From positions 1 through 58,995 of the forward strand of contig JAHWKZ010000001.1 in assembly GCA_019347645.1 (NCBI GenBank): DNA of 58,995 nt, written 5' to 3'. This stretch comes from Gemmatimonadota bacterium. Its GTDB lineage: Bacteria > Gemmatimonadota > Gemmatimonadetes > JACCXV01 > JAHWKZ01. Positions 53,940-58,995 of the stretch are shown in pieces; position 1 is the stretch's first letter, and the number at the start of each line of letters is the position of its first letter. The translations under genes and the position numbers were made by a program. The notes beneath the pieces were generated by a model. That model made no database searches. It was not told the DNA's origin and saw nothing but the letters and a program-made list of their open reading frames with translations.

Positions 53940-55283
53940 ATGCTTCGCGTCGTACTCGCCATCGCCCTCGGCCTGACGCCGGCTCTCGCCGCGCCCGCGC
54001 CGGCACTCGGCCAGAGAGCTCCGGCCGACACCGTCGCGCTGTCGCTCCAGGAGGCGCTCGACCTCGGCCTGCGGCGCAACCCGCAGGTCCATCAGGCCGC
54101 CGCCGATCGGGCGGCCGTGGGCGCGGGGTTGTGGGAAGCGTGGGGGACCCTCCTGCCGCAGGTGAGCGCGCAGGGGCAGATCCAGCGCAGTCAGCAGGGC
54201 GCCTTCGTTCTGGCAGGCACGGAATTCCAGAGCCCCACGACCTACACGGGCGCCTTCCAGTGGGACCTGACCCATTCGCTGCTCGACAGCGGTCGGGATC
54301 TCTTTCGCATCAAGGAGGCTCGGGCGGAGGTGGATGGCGCGCTCGCTCGCTATGACGAGACGGCGCTCGAGACCGCCTCCGACGTCAAGACCCAGTACCT
54401 GAGCGTCCGGCGTCAGGAGGCTCTCGTCCGGCAGGCCGAGCGCGAGATCGATCGCCGCGAGGGGCACCTCCGTCTGGCCGAAGGGCGCTACGAGGTCGGG
54501 GCGGTGACGCGCTCCGACGTCCTCCAGGCGCGGCTGTCGGTGACCCAGGGCGAGGTGGCCCTGCTCCAGGCGCTCCAGGATGCCGAGGAGGCCCGTCTCG
54601 CGCTCCGGCGGCTTCTGGGGGGATCGCTGCCCGGCGGGCCGCTCGCCCTCACGTCCGACTTCACCGTCTTCGAGCCCGAGTACGAACCCGACGCGCTCGT
54701 CGCCCGCGCGCTGGGAGACCACCCGGGCCTGCGGGAGAGCCGGGCCGCCCAGCGGGCCGGCGAGGCTCAGGTTTGGATCGCCCGCTCGAGCTACCTTCCC
54801 ACGTTCCAGTTCCAGTACTCGCTCGCCCGATCGGTAGTCGACACGGTGGAGTTCTCCTTCAGCGACTGGAACGATCGTGACTTCTGGGTCGTCAGCATGA
54901 GCTGGCCGCTGTTCGGTCGCTTTGAGCGATACCATCAGACGAGCCGGGCGAGTGCCAACCTCCGGACGGCGAAGGAAGAGGAGCGCGCCCGAGCGCTCCA
55001 GATCGAGGAGCAGGTCCGGGTGGCTCACTCCAGGCTCCACACCGCCTATGCCACGTACGAGGCCAACGTCACCGCGTTCGAGCTCGCGCGAGAGGATCTC
55101 CGGCTCGGCGAGGCGCGGTACGAGACGGGCACGGGTTCGTTCGTCGACCTCCTCGACGCCCGGGTCCGGGCGGCGGAGGCCGAGACGAACCTGATCGCCT
55201 CCACCTACGACTTCCACATCGCGCTGGTCGACCTGGAACGGGCCACCGGGAGGGAGCTGATGCCCGAAGGAGCCGTCCGGTGA
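53940..55283 (+). CDS. TolC-family outer membrane efflux protein
   Basis: Start at ATG 53940: MLRVVLAIALGLTPALAAPAPALGQ. LSLQEALDLGLRRNPQV and two coiled-repeat halves. Confidence 0.85.
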   Translation: MLRVVLAIALGLTPALAAPAPALGQRAPADTVALSLQEALDLGLRRNPQVHQAAADRAAVGAGLWEAWGTLLPQVSAQGQIQRSQQGAFVLAGTEFQSPTTYTGAFQWDLTHSLLDSGRDLFRIKEARAEVDGALARYDETALETASDVKTQYLSVRRQEALVRQAEREIDRREGHLRLAEGRYEVGAVTRSDVLQARLSVTQGEVALLQALQDAEEARLALRRLLGGSLPGGPLALTSDFTVFEPEYEPDALVARALGDHPGLRESRAAQRAGEAQVWIARSSYLPTFQFQYSLARSVVDTVEFSFSDWNDRDFWVVSMSWPLFGRFERYHQTSRASANLRTAKEEERARALQIEEQVRVAHSRLHTAYATYEANVTAFELAREDLRLGEARYETGTGSFVDLLDARVRAAEAETNLIASTYDFHIALVDLERATGRELMPEGAVR

Positions 55284-56518
55284 ACCGCAAGAGGTGGCTG
55301 CTGATCGGCGGGGCGGGCCTCGTCGTGATCCTGATCGTCGTCAGCGTCCTGACGAGCCGGGAGAGCGGGATCACGGTCGAGTACGAGGAGGTCACGCACC
55401 ACGACCTGACCGCGATCGTCAGCGCCAGCGGCGAGATCGAGCCGAAGCAGTCGGTCTCGATCAGCGCCACCACCCCCGGGGAGGTGGTTCGAATCGGCGT
55501 CACCGAAGGCCAGCGCGTGAACAAAGGGGACTTCCTGCTGCAACTCGATCCCGTCAACGTCGCGGCCGGCGCCAGCGGTCAGGCGGCCGCGCTCGAGGCC
55601 GCCCGCGCGGAGCTGGAATCGGCGCGCGCCCAGGCGGAGTACGCCCGTCAGGAGTACGGGCGCCGAAACGCGCTCGCCGAGCGTGACCTGATCCCTCGCT
55701 CGGAACTGGACGCCGCCCTCGCCGAGCTCAGGGCCCGCGAGGCGGCCGTCGCCGCGGCGCGGAATCGGGTCGGGCAGGCGGAGGCGTCGCTGCGCAGCGC
55801 GCGCCACGACCTCGCCCGGGTCACGATCAGGAGCCCGATCGACGGCGTCGTCACCCGGGTCAACGTCGAGGAGGGGGAGGTGGCGATGATCGGCACCATG
55901 AACCAGCCGGGGACGGTGCTCCTGTCGATCGCCGACCTGGGGGTGATGGAGGCGACCGTCGAGGTGGACGAGACGGACGTGGTCAGCATCGACACCGGCC
56001 AACCCGCACGGGTAACCGTGGACGCTTTCCCGGATACGACCTTCCAGGGGACGGTGACGGAAGTGGCGACGAGCCCCAAGGTCCAGCCGACCGCGTCCGG
56101 CCCTGGCGGGGCCGGCGCGACCGATTTCGAGGTCACGATCACCCTAGAGGGAACACTGCCGGCGGCTCGATCGGGCCTCTCGGCCTCGGCCGAGATCGTC
56201 ACCGCCACCCGGGAGAACGCGCTCGTGATCCCGATCCAGTCGCTGGTCGTCCGCCCGGTGGCCGAGGACACGGCATCGGGGGGCGTGGTCGAGAGGGAAG
56301 GGGTCTTCGTGGTGCGGGACGGCAGGGCGCATTTCGTCCCGGTGAAGGTGGGGATCGCCGGGGACCGCTTCTTCGAGGTCGAGCGCGGTCTCGAGGAGGG
56401 CGCCCGGGTCGTCAGCGGCCCGTATCAGGCGCTCCGTGATCTGCGGGACGGCCAGATCGTCGAGGCCGAGGAGGCCGAGCGCGAGGGTCCACTGTCGGCG
56501 CGGAGGGGGTCGTCGTGA
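55280..56518 (+). CDS. macA: HlyD/MacA-family periplasmic adaptor
   Basis: GTG start (GTGA overlap). N-terminal TM, coiled-coil hairpin, [18 protein letters not shown] lipoyl-like and beta-barrel segments. Confidence 0.85.
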   Translation: MNRKRWLLIGGAGLVVILIVVSVLTSRESGITVEYEEVTHHDLTAIVSASGEIEPKQSVSISATTPGEVVRIGVTEGQRVNKGDFLLQLDPVNVAAGASGQAAALEAARAELESARAQAEYARQEYGRRNALAERDLIPRSELDAALAELRAREAAVAAARNRVGQAEASLRSARHDLARVTIRSPIDGVVTRVNVEEGEVAMIGTMNQPGTVLLSIADLGVMEATVEVDETDVVSIDTGQPARVTVDAFPDTTFQGTVTEVATSPKVQPTASGPGGAGATDFEVTITLEGTLPAARSGLSASAEIVTATRENALVIPIQSLVVRPVAEDTASGGVVEREGVFVVRDGRAHFVPVKVGIAGDRFFEVERGLEEGARVVSGPYQALRDLRDGQIVEAEEAEREGPLSARRGSS

Positions 56519-57228
56519 ACGACTCCCGGCCGATCATCCAGGTCCGCGGGCTGACGAAGATCTACCGGATGGGCGGCGAGGAGATCCACGCCCTGGACGG
56601 CGTCGACCTCGACATCGAGCGGAACGAATACGTTGCCATCATGGGCCCCTCGGGCTCCGGCAAGTCGACGCTCATGAACCTGATCGGCTGCCTCGATACC
56701 CCGACCGCGGGCGACTACTGGTTGAACGAACGGAAGGCGAGCGAGCTGGACGACGACGAGCTGGCGCGAGTCCGCAACCGTGAGATCGGTTTCGTCTTCC
56801 AGACCTTCAACCTGCTGCCCCGCGCCACCGCTCTCCACAACGTCGAGTTGCCGCTCGTCTACGCGGGGATCTCCCGTGAGGAGCGGTTGGAGCGGGCCCG
56901 CGCCGCGCTGGAGGCCGTCGACCTGATCGACCGCGCCGACCACAAGCCGAGCGAGCTCTCCGGCGGTCAGCGTCAGCGGGTGGCGATCGCCCGCGCGCTG
57001 GTGAACCGCCCGTCCATCCTCCTGGCCGACGAGCCGACCGGGAATCTCGACTCGAAGACGAGCGAGGAGATCATGGTGGTCTTCGAGAGCCTCCACGCGG
57101 GCGGGAACACGATCCTGCTGGTCACCCACGAGCGCGACATCGCGGGCCACGCGCAACGCCAGATCCACCTGCTGGATGGAAAGATCGAGACGGATACGGC
57201 CGCCTCCCCCGCGCCCGCGACCCACTAG
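56515..57228 (+). CDS. MacB/LolD-type ABC ATP-binding protein (no fused or adjacent permease)
   Basis: GTG start (GTGA overlap). [52 protein letters not shown]. Confidence 0.9.
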   Translation: MNDSRPIIQVRGLTKIYRMGGEEIHALDGVDLDIERNEYVAIMGPSGSGKSTLMNLIGCLDTPTAGDYWLNERKASELDDDELARVRNREIGFVFQTFNLLPRATALHNVELPLVYAGISREERLERARAALEAVDLIDRADHKPSELSGGQRQRVAIARALVNRPSILLADEPTGNLDSKTSEEIMVVFESLHAGGNTILLVTHERDIAGHAQRQIHLLDGKIETDTAASPAPATH

Positions 57229-57282
57229 ACATCCGCCGGCCAACGACTCGCGGCCGACGTCCGGGGACGGTAAATTCCCGCC

Positions 57283-58416
57283 ATGATGCGAGATACGTGG
57301 ACCGAGATCGAGCCGGGAACCCGCGTCGTCGTGGCGATGAGCGGCGGGGTGGACTCCAGCGTCGCCGCCGCGATCCTCGCCGAGCGGGGATGCGAGGTGA
57401 TCGGCGTCACCATGAAGAACTTCTGCTATTCGGCGGTCCCCGAGGAGCATGCCGATGCCGCGTGTTGCTCGCTGGAGGCGATCGAAGACGCCCGTTCGGT
57501 GGCCCGCGAGGTCGGCTTCGTCCATCACGTCCTCGACTTCGAGGGGCCGTTCCGCGAGGCCGTCCTGGACCCCTTCGTGGCCGAGTACGCCGCCGGGCGG
57601 ACCCCCAACCCGTGCGTCCGATGCAACCGGTACGTCCGCTTCCCGCGGTTGTGGACGAAGGCCCGGCTGCTGGGCGCCGAGTTCGTGGCCACCGGGCACT
57701 ATGCCCGGGCGATCCGCGGCGCCGACGGAGCGGTCGAGCTCCTCCGGCCCGCCGATCGCGCCAAGGATCAGACGTTCTACCTGTGGGGGCTGACCCGGCC
57801 GCTCCTCGAGCGCGCGCTCTTCCCGCTCGGCGACGCCACGAAGGAGGAGGTGCGCGAGAAGGCGCGCGGGCTGGGCCTCCGGGTGGCCGGAAAGGTGGAG
57901 AGCCAGGACATCTGTTTCATCCCCGACGGAGACCTGGCCGGCTTCCTCACGCGCCGCGTGGCCGAGCGGGCGGATCTCGCCGCCGAGCGCTTCGGGCCTG
58001 GACCGATCGTGGACGAATCCGGCGCCGTCGTCGGCGAACACTCCGGCAGCGGCTTCTTCACGGTCGGACAGCGCCGCGGTCTCGGCCTCGCCGGGTTCGA
58101 CGAGCCGCGCTACGTCACCGCGATCGAGGAACGCAATACCCTGGTCGTGGGCCCCGAGGACGATCTCTTCCGGGACGGACTGGTGGCCGAGGAGGTCAAC
58201 TGGCTGAGCGACCGGCCGAAGGACCCGTTCCGCGCGGAGGCCCAGGTGCGTTACCGCTCCGAGCCGGTCGACGCGGGGATCGAGCCGGGGGAAGGACGGG
58301 AGGCCACCGTACGCTTCGACGAGCCCGTCCGCGCGATCGCCCCCGGCCAGTCGGTCGTGTTCTACGACGGGGAGCGGGTTCTGGGCGGGGGCACGATCGC
58401 GCGCGCCATCGACTGA
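57283..58416 (+). CDS. mnmA: tRNA 2-thiouridine(34) synthase
   Basis: VVVAMSGGVDSSVAA PP-loop, NPCVRCNR, DQTFYLW. Confidence 0.92.
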   Translation: MMRDTWTEIEPGTRVVVAMSGGVDSSVAAAILAERGCEVIGVTMKNFCYSAVPEEHADAACCSLEAIEDARSVAREVGFVHHVLDFEGPFREAVLDPFVAEYAAGRTPNPCVRCNRYVRFPRLWTKARLLGAEFVATGHYARAIRGADGAVELLRPADRAKDQTFYLWGLTRPLLERALFPLGDATKEEVREKARGLGLRVAGKVESQDICFIPDGDLAGFLTRRVAERADLAAERFGPGPIVDESGAVVGEHSGSGFFTVGQRRGLGLAGFDEPRYVTAIEERNTLVVGPEDDLFRDGLVAEEVNWLSDRPKDPFRAEAQVRYRSEPVDAGIEPGEGREATVRFDEPVRAIAPGQSVVFYDGERVLGGGTIARAID

Positions 58417-58449
58417 GACTCACCCGCTCGTCGGACCGGGTCGCCCCCT

Positions 58450-58471
58450 CTCCGGGACCGCGTTCCCGGAG
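58450..58471. terminator. 8-bp perfect hairpin between convergent genes
   Basis: CTCCGGGA (58450-58457) pairs with TCCCGGAG (58464-58471), with a 6-nt loop. There is no U-tract. Confidence 0.3.
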
Positions 58472-58509
58472 AACCCGCCGACGGCTCTCCGTGATCGAGC
58501 GGCTTCGTC

Positions 58510-58926
58510 TCACTGCACCGCTTCCCCCCTACGCTTGGTCCGGATGATCACCACGCCGCCGCCCGGCTGGCCGAACTCCATCTGGCCGGCGTAGCTGATG
58601 ATGACCGCGACCTCCTCGATCTCGCCGTAGCTGCCGTTGTCGGCGGGGACGAAGGAGTCGTCCCCGAACAGCTCGAGGAGGCGCGCGGCTTCCGGTCCGT
58701 CCTCATCCATGTGAAGCAGCGTGTCCACGATCCGCTTTGACGTGCCGTCGCCGTAGACCTCGGCCGTGTCGATCCAGTTCATCCCCGCGTCCAGCGCGGC
58801 GCGGATGGTCGCGATCACGTCCTCGGCGGATTCGTTGGGGCCATAGTCGTCGCCCCCCGCCTCCCACGCGCCGAACCCGACCACGGACAGCTCCGGTCCC
58901 TCGCGTCCCAGCCGCTTGGTCTTCAT
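58510..58926 (-). CDS. truncated aldo/keto-reductase-like ORF (possible gene remnant)
   Basis: MKTKRLGREGPELSVVGFGAWEAGGDDYGPNESAEDVIATIRAALDAGMNWIDTAEVYGDGTSKRIV matches an AKR N-terminus. The ORF stops after about 138 aa (AKRs are about 300+ aa) and its tail is not AKR-like. Confidence 0.45.
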   Translation of the reverse strand: MKTKRLGREGPELSVVGFGAWEAGGDDYGPNESAEDVIATIRAALDAGMNWIDTAEVYGDGTSKRIVDTLLHMDEDGPEAARLLELFGDDSFVPADNGSYGEIEEVAVIISYAGQMEFGQPGGGVVIIRTKRRGEAVQ

Positions 58927-58995
58927 GCTGAGGTTGTACCCGCGGCGGGAACGATCCACGCGGGAAGAGATCCGGGGCGGACCCGGTTCCCGTTG

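Noticed and set aside
1-58995. CRISPR arrays, transposases, integrases, prophage genes and rRNA operons.
   Set aside because: No regularly spaced repeats, no recognisable transposase or integrase motifs in any frame, and no rRNA-like conserved stretches were seen.

Overview
About 59 kb of very GC-rich (roughly 70% by eye) chromosome from a diderm bacterium: LpxH, TolC, TonB/ExbBD and a secretin are all present. I cannot assign a taxon. Most genes are on the minus strand and tightly packed; I counted 15 GTGA and 7 ATGA four-base start/stop overlaps. The long ORFs on the opposite strand are GC-driven antisense shadows. Housekeeping content: serS (edge-truncated), a GDP-mannose/sugar-nucleotide group, recG, ftsY, lpxH, murI, a tRNA-Sec, long-form ispH, and a 10-kb co-directional run ffs(SRP RNA)-dxaX-style order, namely ffs-dnaX-ybaB-recR-pgsA-pgpA-cinA-hydrolase-thpR-yhaO/yhaN-like. 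A TolC/MacA/MacB-ATPase operon and mnmA follow on the plus strand. Two accessory regions stand out. (1) 19348->15824: two small Sec-signal, cysteine-paired peptides, a beta-propeller lipoprotein, one atypical ABC ATPase and two paralogous permeases. The layout resembles bacteriocin plus immunity, but there is no modification enzyme. (2) 49517->31110: a complete Tad/Flp pilus locus (two flp, cpaA, tadE, cpaB, cpaC, tadG, tadZ, tadA, tadB, tadC) that continues without a break into DUF192, an unclassified AAA+ ATPase, a membrane-anchored J-domain protein, tonB-exbB-exbD (exbB frame-broken) and a 1431-aa NtrY-like histidine kinase. A roughly 40% GC spacer of about 420 bp then separates the kinase from a small receiver-protein operon. 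A sigma54-activator-like regulator with a degenerate ATPase and no GAFTGA loop sits upstream of the pilins. I saw no CRISPR array, transposase, integrase or rRNA.
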